From Syncephalis fuscata S228 (taxonomy: Eukaryota; Fungi; Zoopagomycota), in NCBI GenBank assembly GCA_025786725.1, contig JAHLTZ010000007.1, positions 186,001-250,000 of the forward strand: a DNA stretch of 64,000 nucleotides, given 5' to 3'. Within the stretch, counting starts at the first letter, position 1. Each line of letters starts with the position of its first letter. Below, one piece after another: positions 36,790 to 49,122 of this stretch. The notes under the pieces were generated by a model. It was given only the letters and a program-made list of their open reading frames with translations. It had not been told where the DNA came from and did no database searches. The position numbers were made by a program, and so were the translations under genes.

Positions 36790-37140
36790 TGATTCATCCA
36801 TTTTCTGCCTTTATCATCCATTATGTACTTTGTAGAATACTTATTTATAACCGCTCCTATTACGAATATTAGTAGTATTAGTATTATATTGTTAGCATTT
36901 TTATTCTTCACTAGAAACAATAACTATAAAACTAAATGATTTGCATTACAATATGAGATTACTGATTGATTGAGTGTAGAAATAATTAAATTAAGAAAAT
37001 AATTAAATTCACTTTTTTTTTGCCAGCCACAAATATTGCCGCTTTTTTAATTTGTTTACAGCAATTCCGTTACTTCAATATTGCTTTTCTATAATCATTC
37101 GCTTTGCTTGTTAGTTAGTCAGTTAGTTAGCTAGCTAGCC

Positions 37141-39515
37141 ATGTCGTCTTCAAGGTCCATTTGGTCGAGTGCAAAAGAAGGCGCTAATGGAAGAAGTACA
37201 ACTGCTCGACGTACTACTCCAAGTGGAACGACATTTCGTCTATCAGCTGCAAAAACCTCAATAGCTACACCGAATTCTACAAGCCAAAATCAAACTACTG
37301 TAACAACAACAGCAACAGCAACAAGAACAACAACAATATCACCTATACAGCCAATAGCTCATACTAATGCTAGTAACTATAATCAAAATAACCAAATGGA
37401 CGATAATGATATGATTGATTGGATGGATGTAGATGTTGTAGATCCAGAAGAATTGGCTCGTATTGCTACAATGGTACAAGAACTGCGTAATAATCCATCT
37501 TCAGTATGGACACCATCATTAGACACATTGGCACAAAGTAAGTTATTACAATAGTAAATGGATATTTATATTTATATTAATCTACCATCAGCCATCAATA
37601 AAAGCTCACAAACATCCATATGGGCTAGTGGATCAACCACCAGTACAACAAAAGTCAACTCTGATTATAAATTGAGTTATCATGCCAGTTACATTTCAAA
37701 AATACCTGGTCGATCAGCACAAACATTTCGATTAGATGGACAGCCTGTAATTACAAATTGTTTTCATTCAAATAATACACATCATTTGCATAGTGATACA
37801 TCTTCTATTAATACAAATATAATGGCTATGGATCGGGATGATGTTCCCAATCTATCTTCACCGTTATCACCACCACCACCTATAGAAGCTATATCCTCAT
37901 CAAGTAAGTTAATAGTTTATTGTTATTTGCTATACTAATACTAAACTATCAATATAATACACGTGTCAACTAGACCAAGTGAAGTCATTTGTCGTTGTAG
38001 ATACTAATGTGTTTATATCTCATTTGTGCTATTTAACTGATTTACTTGAAAGTCTACGAGCCATGTCGGCCCAACTTGTTGTGCCATGGGTTGTCTCACA
38101 AGAACTTGATCATCTCAAGGTAATCTTAAATGATTAGCAGTCAATATAGCTAATCGTGTGGATATACAACAACTATTAGAGACAAGAACAATTAGAACAC
38201 GTGTAACAAAGGCCATTCATTTTATTCATGATGCATTAGGCCGTGGCGATCCAGGTCTACGGGGCCAGAAGAATAATGAATTTATTCAGAAATTTAATGT
38301 AAATATATTAATTGCTGTTAACTATTGTTTATTTATATCTATCTCTATACTATGTACTATATAGGTCAATGATGATACAATCTTGGACTGTGCACAGTAA
38401 GCGATATATTGTGTTAAAATACAAAAACATTATTGAAATTAACGTTTATTTTAAGATATTTCGCTACACAAAACGCGGCCTGTCCTGTACTTTTACTGTC
38501 AAATGATTATAATCTACGAGTAAAGGCTATGATTCATGACCTATGTGTATGGAATTGCGATGAAGGCGGTCCTGACCGTCTTGTTGCTTATTTAAGTGCA
38601 AATCAACCATCCAATTCTACTGTTCATCACAATACTGTGGATTGACTCGCTATAGGAGGGGAATACTAATAAACTGTTCTACAGATGGGTTCAGTTGTAA
38701 ATAATCATTATGTGTCGAGTTTATTCCACATCACTGAACCAGTTTATATTAAACAGCAGCCACAGAATCAGATACAAGAGCAGCAATAGAAACAACATCT
38801 ATCTCGTACCACAGCTACTCCTAAAGCCGTAAACAATTTATAATAAACAAGCCTGTAACAACGGTAAGTAATTGTTACATTACCTAACTAGTCGTTAACT
38901 GCTTAGATTATATTTAGTTAAATAGAGTGCCAGTATTAAATAGTGTTAATAGTAATGGTAATAGTAATAGTATTATTACGGCTAATAGTTCTACAATTAG
39001 TATACAAAAGCCACTTAAAAAAGTCACACTACATCAATTAGCAGTATATTTACCGTTTCAACCGTCGAATAGCCGTTAAGTTTATTAATACGAGAAATCG
39101 ATCAAGAATGTGTTCGTTTATTGGTGCCACTATTTAAACGGGCTCTATCGTTGCGTAAAGATAGTAAATCAATATTGGCTATTGATCAATCATCGCCAAC
39201 TGTATGGAATTTGACAATATTATTTATACTGGCTGTCACTATAAGTCATCCATCTCTTTATTCGTGCTATACAGACAGTATACAAAAGATATTTAAACAA
39301 GCCAGTCAACTTACTCCGCAGCTAATGGCAAAAAGCAATGGTATTGATCAGTCTTCTATATTCTAGTACAGTTAAAAAACTGGATTAAAACAATGAATTA
39401 TTTGCTATTTCCAACCGATATTACACCTGATACACAAGGCTGTATCCGACTATCATGTCAACGTCTTATTGACGAATGGCTTACACGTCTTACTCTTTAT
39501 CGTGCAAGACAATAA
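37141..39515 (+). CDS. Swt1-like PIN-domain ribonuclease
   Basis: PIN motifs after splicing: FVVVDTNVFISHL, LVVPWVVSQELDHLK, LRGQK, NDDTILDCA, VLLLSNDYNLRVKAMIH. The C-terminal exon structure is uncertain because of indels. Confidence 0.82.
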
Positions 39516-39783
39516 TTTAATAATATTCTTTTTATCTTTACAGTCTAGAACAGTACATTATAATTGAGTGTTTATAAAACTATTGTTACAATAAATGACT
39601 GACAATTGTCATTGGTTCCTTTTATCTTTCATTCTCTTTCCACATTTACACAACAATTAGCGGCTGTTTACCCATTCTACGATTAACTGGTTGCCTCTGT
39701 CTTAACGCTCTTTAACCACCTCTTTCGCTTTCTTTTTAATACACTTTACTTGTTGTGTCGGATATTTATACACGTTGACCGAC

Positions 39784-40745
39784 ATGGCTTCGTCTAATGG
39801 TGTGTCAGTGCCAGGCACCACCGACAATGCAGCAGATAGTCTGGCCACGACTAATCATGCACTTGAATCCTTTTCAACGCCGCAGTCTACCGGACATGGT
39901 AGTGCAGCAGGCCACACGGCTTCAACAACTGCCGAATACGATCAGTGGATAACGCAACAGAACAATTACGCGTTCAATTAGAGGCACAACTAGGAGAGAC
40001 AGTCAATAGTTTATTTACGCTTGGGTTAAGTGTTTATGACTTTCAAACCGGAACTGATGCGTTGCTTCGACATCGAGTGTAAGTATACGCGCTTTAACAA
40101 TGTATAGTATATATACAGATAAATTATATTATGATGCAACAAATCTATCAATCATTTACTCATACAATGGTTTATTATTGCTGTGTATAGGAATGAACTA
40201 GTGACGCGCTATCGTGATCTTACCGAACTTGGAAGCAATATGGAGATTATGATACCAGAGGAGGTTATACGGTAATAGTGAACAAGATTAAGTTTTAAAT
40301 AATCGTCTACTTATATTTTATCGTCAGATATGTTGAAGATGGACGTAATCCTGATTTATTCTCGCGTGAATTCGCTGAACGCACTGTCGCTGAAAACCAA
40401 TTTGCTAATGGGCGTATGAAGGCGTTTGAGGTATGGCATACTGTCTAGTAAACTAATTGTTTTACTAAATTGTCATTGATACTATAACCATTATTTTATA
40501 TATAGACATTTGGTCAACAACTGATGGAAGAATTGGGCCAGGTTTTGCCTGCCCATGTTATACAATCTTATGAACGGCAAACGGCCATAATACAGCAACT
40601 ACAACGGCAAACAGTAGCCATACGCCTGGTCAGAATCATCGCCATAACTATAACAGTGGTCAAGCATCGCATCCTCATTCATCGTAGGATAAATATTTGT
40701 ATTTCTCTTTTTTGGTTTATACCCTTTTTGTATATCTCGAAGTGA
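39784..40745 (+). CDS. MED10: Mediator subunit Med10 (Nut2), 4 exons
   Basis: Spliced LGLSVYDFQ...MIPEEVIR|YVEDGRNPDLFSREFAERTVAENQFANGRMKAFE. Frame break near 39950-39960; stop position uncertain (40687 or 40745). Confidence 0.9.
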
Positions 40746-41456
40746 GATGAACACTATCAAAAAGTAATAGAACATTGATTTGTTGCTATATCGTTTTATG
40801 AGTGTGTGAAACTTTTATTCAAAAAAGTTATTTTGAAAGAAATATAGTAATATTAATACAAACAATAATGTTAATGTTGTATTTTTAAATATCTACACCA
40901 TGATTGCAGCTAGTAAAATACAGATAATCTGAACCAAGAAGTGAGGGTGTATTACAGAAAGTTACAACCACATACAATAACAACTGCTTAGTAATAGCTA
41001 TTCTTATTATTGCTAAACAACTGATAATAGAAATGCGTATGCTTATTTGTATAATACGTTTGTGCCTAAAAAACATGGCAAATTTAATAAACATAATACT
41101 AATTACTTTCTAATTTTGTAAAATAATGCGTGTTTAAAACTTTAATTAATATGATATATATTCAAACAGTGCTTAGGCAACGACCGACCGCCGACATCGG
41201 CGCTAGTTAAGGTGTTGAAGCAGATTAAACAGCGTAATATTGTGAAGTCTAATGCTACTTTGCACAGCCACCGCCGGTCATACACGAAACAATACTGATA
41301 AATGAGATTGTTTAAATGATAGAAACAAGTAAAGAAAACGATCAGTGGAGAAATAACAGTGCATAGCCAGCGCAATTATCATGCTGGCAACTTTGCATAT
41401 ACAACATTATTAAAAGTGGCGCGGGTTACACTGTTGTACTAATACTAAAGGTTAGA

Positions 41457-41643
41457 TCAGCAACTATACTAGTAGTGCGATCTGCCACTGTTATATGTGT
41501 ACAGCAGCTGTACACTGTGACTGAAACGCCTATATGCTACCAAAATCACTGTATGCTCTTTTTTGCCACAGATTGTCACCACAGATCGTACTGACAGCAG
41601 TTTGTACCGTCTCGACAGTAGTAGATCGCACTGCTATTGCTGA
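41457..41643. repeat. Imperfect inverted repeat / MITE-like fold-back
   Basis: tcagcaa..tagtagtgcgatctgccactgt (41457-41491) pairs with acagtagtagatcgcactgctattgctga (41615-41643). Confidence 0.6.
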
Positions 41644-42361
41644 GATTGCTAAGTTGTTACCGGATGATCTGCAGTGACCATCTGCGCAAAAACATAACAT
41701 AAAACAAGTCAGAAATGCACCTACCGTGTCAATAAAAGTTGTTAACACCAATGATCGAAATGAAGTGATTTATAAAAAAGGTCAGATTACAAAAGAGCAA
41801 TGCAAGTACATAGTGTAGAAGGTGTTTGTACTTGACTAATATTCAGTCAACTACTGATACTATCTAAATAGCATATATGGAGTGCACAAGTATATGTAGT
41901 GAATATATGCTATCAAGTGTAAAGAAAGAGAAAGAAAATGTGATGACGTAGATTGTGAGATGTGAGCCTGTCAGTCAATATTTATAAACAGCCGAGTTTA
42001 ATTTATTAATAAATGAAGTGTAAATAATAAAAATCAATCTACCCAACATGTTGATACATCATAGAACAAGTGAAGCAATAATGCATTAAGAATAAAGGTC
42101 ATTTGCACCCAAAAAACACTCATTATTATAGAACATGTTGTCAGTATAATGGCGAATGTATTAAAAGAATAAAAGTCATTAAAATGAAACATGTTAGTTT
42201 TATTACATTGTAGAAAATGAAACGATGATTATATACTAAATAAAATATTTACAATATTTATTGGTAACATATGAGCAATGAATAGATGATGTAAAGCAAC
42301 TAAGTATATTAGATAGTTAGCATTATGATTTGATTGATTGTTAATAAGTTTTTACCTTTAA

Positions 42362-44794
42362 CTAATATGCACCTTTATTGAGGCGGCATTTTCGGAAGGG
42401 AATTGACCGTTTGGCAGCACCTTGTGATTTGTATTTTGAGTAGCATTGGCGCTTTAGGCGGCGTCGCTGTAAAAGCTTAGGCGCTAGCCGCTGCTTTTTT
42501 GTTGTTGGTCCAAATGCTGCTTGTGTTGTTGTTGGTGGCGGTGGTGATGGCATTGGTGTTGGCGTTGTTATTGGTAGTGTTGGTGATGGTGTTGTTATTG
42601 GTGTTGGTGTCGTTGGTGGTGGTGTTGTTGTTGTTGGTGTCATTGGTGGTGGTGGTGATGCCGTTGATCCTTCTGGTTCTTCTTCATTTAAAGAAACGAC
42701 ATTAAGTGGTGCATCTGCATCCACTTGCTCCTCCTCATCAAACCAGTGGCAAACCAGCGCGTCTTCCGCTGTATAACGCGCGCTACTATCAATGGTCAGT
42801 AGCCGCGTTATCAAATCAATAGCTGCGCAATGTTAGCTATTGTTAGTAAATAAATATTCAACTTACCTTCATTGCTGAGCTGATTTGTCTGCTCCACATT
42901 AAGCGTCGTTGTCAATACATTCTTCATGTATCCAAAAACGCCATGCTGATTATTATAAGGATAATGGCCTAATTGCAGCATAAAATAGTTAGTATGACAT
43001 TTTGTTTTGTTTGCACTTACCTGTTAACAACTCGTAGAGCATTACGCCTAGGCTCCACATGTCAATGGGGTGCCATACCCACTGACAGTTGACGAGTTTA
43101 GCTGGTTGCGAAACTCATTATCCTCGTCGCCTAGTGCAATTGACAATAGATTTTGTCGCATAATTGATGCCAACACCACCTCGGGTGCTATGTATGGCAC
43201 GGTGCCGCAATAAACATACGGCATATGAGAATCTATAAACTGGGCTTCCCCAAAGTCTGTATACACGACTTCAGGGCGCTCACAGTCTGCAGCTAACAAT
43301 ATATTGCGTGGCTATTTGATTGTTAGCAATGCTGCATAATGTTAAATAAATAAATTACCTTGATGTCTAATTATGTGATAATAATAGCCATAATTAATAA
43401 TTGTAATATAAATGCATGTTTACTTACCGCCATGAGCAATATTCAGATTGTGTAAAATCTAATGCAGTATTAGTATTTTAATTATTAATTATAGTAGTAC
43501 TTACCTGAGCACCTTCGAATAGCTGCTTAAAGATATGTTTTACTTCCATCTCTGGAAGAGGTCCATGGCGGCTGACGTAGCCAGCCAGATCGCCGCCGGC
43601 CATGTACTTAAGAATCAAGTACATTTTGCTGGGAGTGCCTCTTTGATCTAGCAACGTTGCGAAATGAGTGTCGTTTCTTACGCTACGTAAGGCGGCAAGC
43701 TCATTTGCAATGCGGTCTTCATTATTACGGTGTAATGAGACCTTAACCGCAACACGTTGGCCTGTGTTGCGATTCAATGCTAGATGCACCGTGCCAAAGG
43801 AGCCGCTGTTATAAATAGTTAGCTACCTAGTTGTCTTACTGGTCTAAATACTTACTGCCCAAGAGCATCACTCGTAATTTCATAATAAGAATGAACGTTC
43901 TATGGTAGCAATATATGTGTTATTTTACTATTTAATTGCATTTGTAAACTTACTAAAATATAATTTAAATTATATTCTTCTGGCGAGCTGACAGCCAGTT
44001 TAAGATTGTAAGCCGTAAATGTAGCTGCAATAAATGTTGTTAATAGCAATAATATTAAACAATCGGTACTTACTTTTGCAGCCTGGAATCTTAATGAAGC
44101 ATTTATTGGCATTTTGAACTACTTCATTTTGAACTACCTCATGATCATTCACTAAATTAAACGTTAATAATTTGATTTCTATTACTTATTAAACTTACTC
44201 ATTAAAGTCGGCAATCCCATGTTCTAATTTACTAGTTAGTAATAAAAATGTTAAATAGTTATTACTTACCGTGCATGAGACTGTTGTATGGTCCTATGAT
44301 GATTTATAGTTAATGATTAGTTATTAAAGTGTATGATATACTTACTGCCGATACTGCAAAGCAGACCTGTGGCATATCAGCCACACTTAACTGGTAGTCA
44401 CTATTGAAGATTTGGCATATTGTTAGTTTGCTACTATACATAAGTTTATTATTACTTACCACTGTTGGTCGGCACCAACAATGAACTCTTGGTTAGCCAT
44501 CAAAATGAATTCTAAGCAGCTATTATTTGGATACATATACGTTTAGTATCATTCCAACATACCTTGAGGCTCTTCTCCATATACTTCAAGCCAGCCTACA
44601 GCGCTATTGCGCTCTTCTTGCGTCAAAGCATCCCAGCAAACCGGAATCTTTGCGTAGAATGCTTCGCCATTGCCTAAAAGGCCCGATGGCAAGGTGGCGG
44701 TAGAAAGAGCCGCGACAGGCGAGGCTGAGCGTGAGTTTGAGGAGGTGGACTCAGAAGCTGGAGTCGCCGCTTGTTGCTCGTTTGAAGGATTCAT
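42362..44794 (-). CDS. CAMK-group Ser/Thr kinase with degenerate N-terminal FHA-like domain (Chk2/Cds1/Mek1-like architecture), 14 exons
   Basis: Spliced LGHGSFGTV, VAVK, alphaC NE, IAHG|DIK|PRN, TDFGEA, CGTVPYIAPE, (I)DMWSLGV, RYTAEDALVCHWF; N-terminal FIVGADQQC|DYQL. One indel near 43068. Confidence 0.85.
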
Positions 44795-47479
44795 GATTGT
44801 AAGATATCAAGTAAAAACAATGGAAATGAGTAATTGTTTAAAGCAAAGAAACAAAAGATGAAAGTGCAATAGGGACAATGCTTAAAACAAAATATATGTT
44901 TGGCCCACGTTAAATAGTGCCATCTGTTTTTTAGAAAATTGTAACAATAAATTGAATCGACTTGAATACGCTTATAATAGTATAATATCAGTCAGTATTG
45001 AAAGTAATAAAATAATAATAATACTTTATTGTACAAATAGTCTAGCGCTGCATTTGTTGTAGTATGTTCTGCTTACTGATGCTATAGCTCAGTCCTAAGC
45101 TGTATAGCAAACTATTGCACACATCGGTATTTGCATAGTCACTTGGCTAAGCATGCATGTGCCACATCATACTGGTTTTCATGTTGGCCTTTGCAGTCGA
45201 TATGGTTACGTGTTTATTCCTGTTTTTACTTCATAGCTTTAACGGACTTTGTAATGTAATATGAACAACGTATATTTTATTTCTATTTAGTAGCATTGAA
45301 ACTCAATCGGTGAATTATGTTATAGACCATATTTCTAAAGAAAATAGTCATTTTTATTTATCTAATACAGTAATAAATTGTGTGGATCGATTAATCTAAT
45401 TGTGTGCGAAATGGCAAGAATACTTGGGGGAAAGTGAAAATACCCGCTAGACCCTGAAAATATTGATAGCATCGGAAAGAGCCGCTATTATAGTGGTACA
45501 ACTGATTAAGAATGGTTGCATTTGGCTATGTTTCAGTTGCATTGGCCAATTGATTCAACTAGCCAGTGTAGATATGCTGATTATGCGCGGAAATGACCGG
45601 CAAATGGAAGGCAAAAAGTGATTGAATATGGAAATAAGGAAGGGATTATAATCCAATATACTGATAAGATGGTATCTGACATTAGAAGATTTCAGTCAGT
45701 TGCAATACGCCAATGAGCAGCTACCACGTACTATTTACCAATATTATCCATTCTAATTGGTAGACATGTCTTAGACAAACTCATAAGGTGTGAAAATTAC
45801 TTTTGCTCATTACTTCGCCTTCTCCTGTTTCTAGTTGTTAATGTGCTGTAAACCGTTTGTTAATGGTATAGCATAAGGTCTAGTAGCTACATCCAGTGGT
45901 GTGTGGTCCCCTTGTTGGTTGATCACAATATACTGTGTTCTTGCTTTTGAGCTGTGTTGAATGTGTAATACAGTATTTGCAGGCCGCTGTATTATACTGG
46001 CTCAACAATTATATGGCTGCCCGTAATAGGCAGCTGTATACTAACGTAGCGCGGAAATATGTGGGATAACAGGGTGTGCAGTAACAGTGTCTAGCAAGTC
46101 AGTATTGCTGCAAACTTCCCTCATGTGGATGCGGCGACCTGTAATGGGTGGCCATATGTTAGTTCTCACTTGTTTGTAACGCGCGCTGGAGGTGTGTAAT
46201 AGTATTCGACTTGCTGATACTATCATCGCACACTAGATCAAGTGTATACGTGAGTCATCTAGGCGGATGTTTCACGTATCAATTACTGTTTACTTGTGGG
46301 TGTTGTTGAATGATTGCAGTATATCACTAGTCTAAAATTATCTAAAGTGGGTGTCCCGAAGTATACAATGTATTCAGTTTGATTGTTCGTGCTTGATGTT
46401 GACAGTGATTTTAAATAATACTATACGATTAGCCGTATCGTAGTGAAGACTAGCTGCCGTATTGTGATTTTTTAATAGCATATTAGTATATGCAATATGT
46501 TATTTAGTTGTGATGTATTGCGGTATTCATGTGCTTGACATTACAGGCTAACCACAATTGGGTGAATCCATAGTTTAGTGCTGTTTATTGCTACACTTGA
46601 ATTGCCGTAAAATGTTACGCCATTTATTAAATAGTATTGTCATCTTGATTTCAGCTAGTATGGGCTATGTGCTTCTGATAACTGTTACTTACGCCCAAGT
46701 CGTAGTATTGCCAGTATTCCAGGTGGACGCATAGTTTCTATATTAGCTGATCATCATGATTAACAACTTTTAACAATTTTAACAACTTTTACATTTATTT
46801 ATAGTATTGTATAACAAATAATGACAATATCCAAACAACAAAAGAATTATTTTAAATGTGTTTTATAACTTATATACGAACAACAATCAACCAGATGTAA
46901 GTATTCTATTACTAACAAATACTTGCTATAATCATTTAAATATTTGTGCCAAATCAACAAATATATCTGGACTGCACTTATCAACACCTTTTATCATTTT
47001 TGCATGTAGTTTACAATACCAATTATTGCCTTTATTGGCACAAGTATCAACAGCAGTATTACACGTTGTTGTTGGTGTCATCGCTTGGCATGGTTTTCCA
47101 AATGGAGGTGAATATATTCATTTGATTTTTATCCAGTCAAGTGTTAATTGGTATTGTCATTGCATGTTTGTTAAGTGTGTTGGTTAAATAAATGATATGA
47201 TAGTGGCAACAAAGAGATGTATGTATTTACATTGAACTGAAATGATTTTAATAAAGAAATATATGGCGTGTTTATTAAAGTAACAGCATCTTATGATAAT
47301 AACTTTTGCTGTTGTTTATTTAATGTTATGCTTATTATTTGTTAAGATTAAACAGTCATTATTTATTTGATTGGAAAGCTATTGATACTTAAATAGCTAG
47401 ATTACAATTCCATTTGATACATCTATACACTATCCATTCAACATAACATCAATGATTTATTTTATTTATGCCTTTTATT

Positions 47480-47630
47480 ACAATTCATTAGCAATTTAGT
47501 ATGATTTGAATGCCAAATAACTATTTTTGATAACATCCAATCTATTGAACATGATGATGGATGGTGAGTGACATCAATCATCAGATACCATCATTGTAGA
47601 TTTATTATCCGGTATGCATATATCATTCTA
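47480..47630 (+). repeat. Dispersed repeat end-module, copy D
   Basis: tattgaacatgatgatggatggtgagtgac...catcattgtagatttattatccggtatgcatatatc matches 15298-15380 and the reverse complement of 24875-24962. Confidence 0.78.
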
Positions 47631-47714
47631 TTATATATTAAACACTTTTCATTAATAACTAATACTCATTTAATGCTACTTCTATTATTTATGAGCCTTG
47701 AATTGCTTTGATTA

Positions 47715-48594
47715 CTTTACTTATTTGCTGCCTAGCGACCAGAGTGAAGCAAATAGGTATGCATTGCGTACAATATAAACAATACAATGTTTTATAAAAT
47801 ATTTGCTATTTAAATATTTACTTAATGGAAATTACATGAGCTATGATAAGTAATTGCATTTATTAAATCACTCCGTCAATATTAATAATTTACTAACTAC
47901 CATTGTCTAGAACATAATATTGGAATTTTCTCAATGTGACATAAACTGTATTGATTTATCTCCAGCGTTATCGAAAGTCAAGCTTCCTGTTAATGTCAAG
48001 TTTGAACTTATAAATATGCTTGAAAGCAGGCATGTTAATCATCGGCATAAATGGCAAATACTAATCATTCAAATAATATAGCTATTTGTTGCGAGGCCAA
48101 TACATTCAATTATATTTATATGTGAATGTTATTTGGAGCAGTTTCGAGAGACTATTGGCCTATACTTATCAAGGACATGGCACGCGTTTGCTCGGCTGGT
48201 GGTACTATTGAAATTGTCAAATTTCCCCTTTACTACAGGATGTTAGTCCAATTAGTCAAGAAATAAACATTTGGTATAATGCTGTCATTGGCATGAACAA
48301 CGTCGACTTGAATAAAGTCTAGTAAATATTGTAACGATGCAAGATGCCGGTCTACAATTCCAGAATAAAAAACACTTGAAAGTTTCACTTGGCCAATGGT
48401 GCGATCAAATGAGTCGCCAAGACTAGCATAATGTGGCCGCTTTAACCAGCACACTAAGCGAGAAGCTTATAGCAGCCAATAATATTACATGAGAAAGACT
48501 TGATCATGCCCTTAGCAAAGTACGCGAAGAACCTGTCGCTAATCATGTTTACGAGAAAACGGGTGTTTTTGTTGAACGCAAGTCATGGAAAGTA
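47715..48594 (+). pseudogene. Decayed LaeA-like/class I SAM-dependent methyltransferase
   Basis: YLLPSDQSEANR, LLFKYLLNGNYMS, CIDLSPAL..KLPVNVKFELINMLE, NTFNYIYM*MLFGAVSRDYWPILIKDMARVCSAGGTIEIV, DAGL..KVSLGQW, VFVERK. Multiple in-frame stops, and no LDxGxG motif is visible. Confidence 0.75.
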
Positions 48595-49122
48595 GCCAAT
48601 AACAGTGGTGTATACATGACAACCAATTGATTATTATCATGCTATAAACATCGACGGTTATGTTACACAATAAGCAGTACTTTCGGCAAATCTATTAGTA
48701 ATGTGCTTATACATTGTTTCAGTGTTCGAGTAACTATAAAGGTACCCCACAATTCTTTGACAATGAGTAATATACTGCAATTTTATTCAAATTCCGTTTC
48801 ATCGCAGTTTTACTTTGTATTATGACGTATACTAGCCAATCACTAGTCTGTTACATATCATTACAACACATTTTGTGGCAATGGCAATCAGATTAAATTA
48901 AACAACGCATCATGTTGTAGCTCAGGCTTCGGGATAATGATAACACGTGCGGGTACAACACTTTTCCTAGAACGGTGTTTTTAATAGCCGTGTGAGTGAC
49001 TCATGCTTTATTTCCTATCTGTATTTCAAATAGGTTGGGATGAATAAAAGTACGCGATTAATATCCGCCTCTACTAATTAAATCTATTATTCAAAGCAAC
49101 AGCTGCACACTTGTTTTACATC

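Noticed and set aside
26465-44794. HOP1 plus FHA-kinase as a Hop1-Mek1 meiotic cluster
   Set aside because: 13 kb and six unrelated genes separate them; the kinase lacks FHA pThr-binding residues and HRD, so MEK1 identity is unsupported.
45081-45108. gctatagctcagt, resembling a tRNA 5' end/A-box
   Set aside because: No T-arm GTTCRA, anticodon arm or acceptor stem follows.
46235-46250. agatcaagtgta, matching part of U2 snRNA
   Set aside because: Only 12 nt; it diverges within the GTAGTA branch-pairing sequence and lacks the U2 5' stem.
48119-48127. In-frame TGA as possible selenocysteine
   Set aside because: Falls at a usually-Arg position rather than Cys, and co-occurs with TAG/TAA stops, so it is pseudogene decay.
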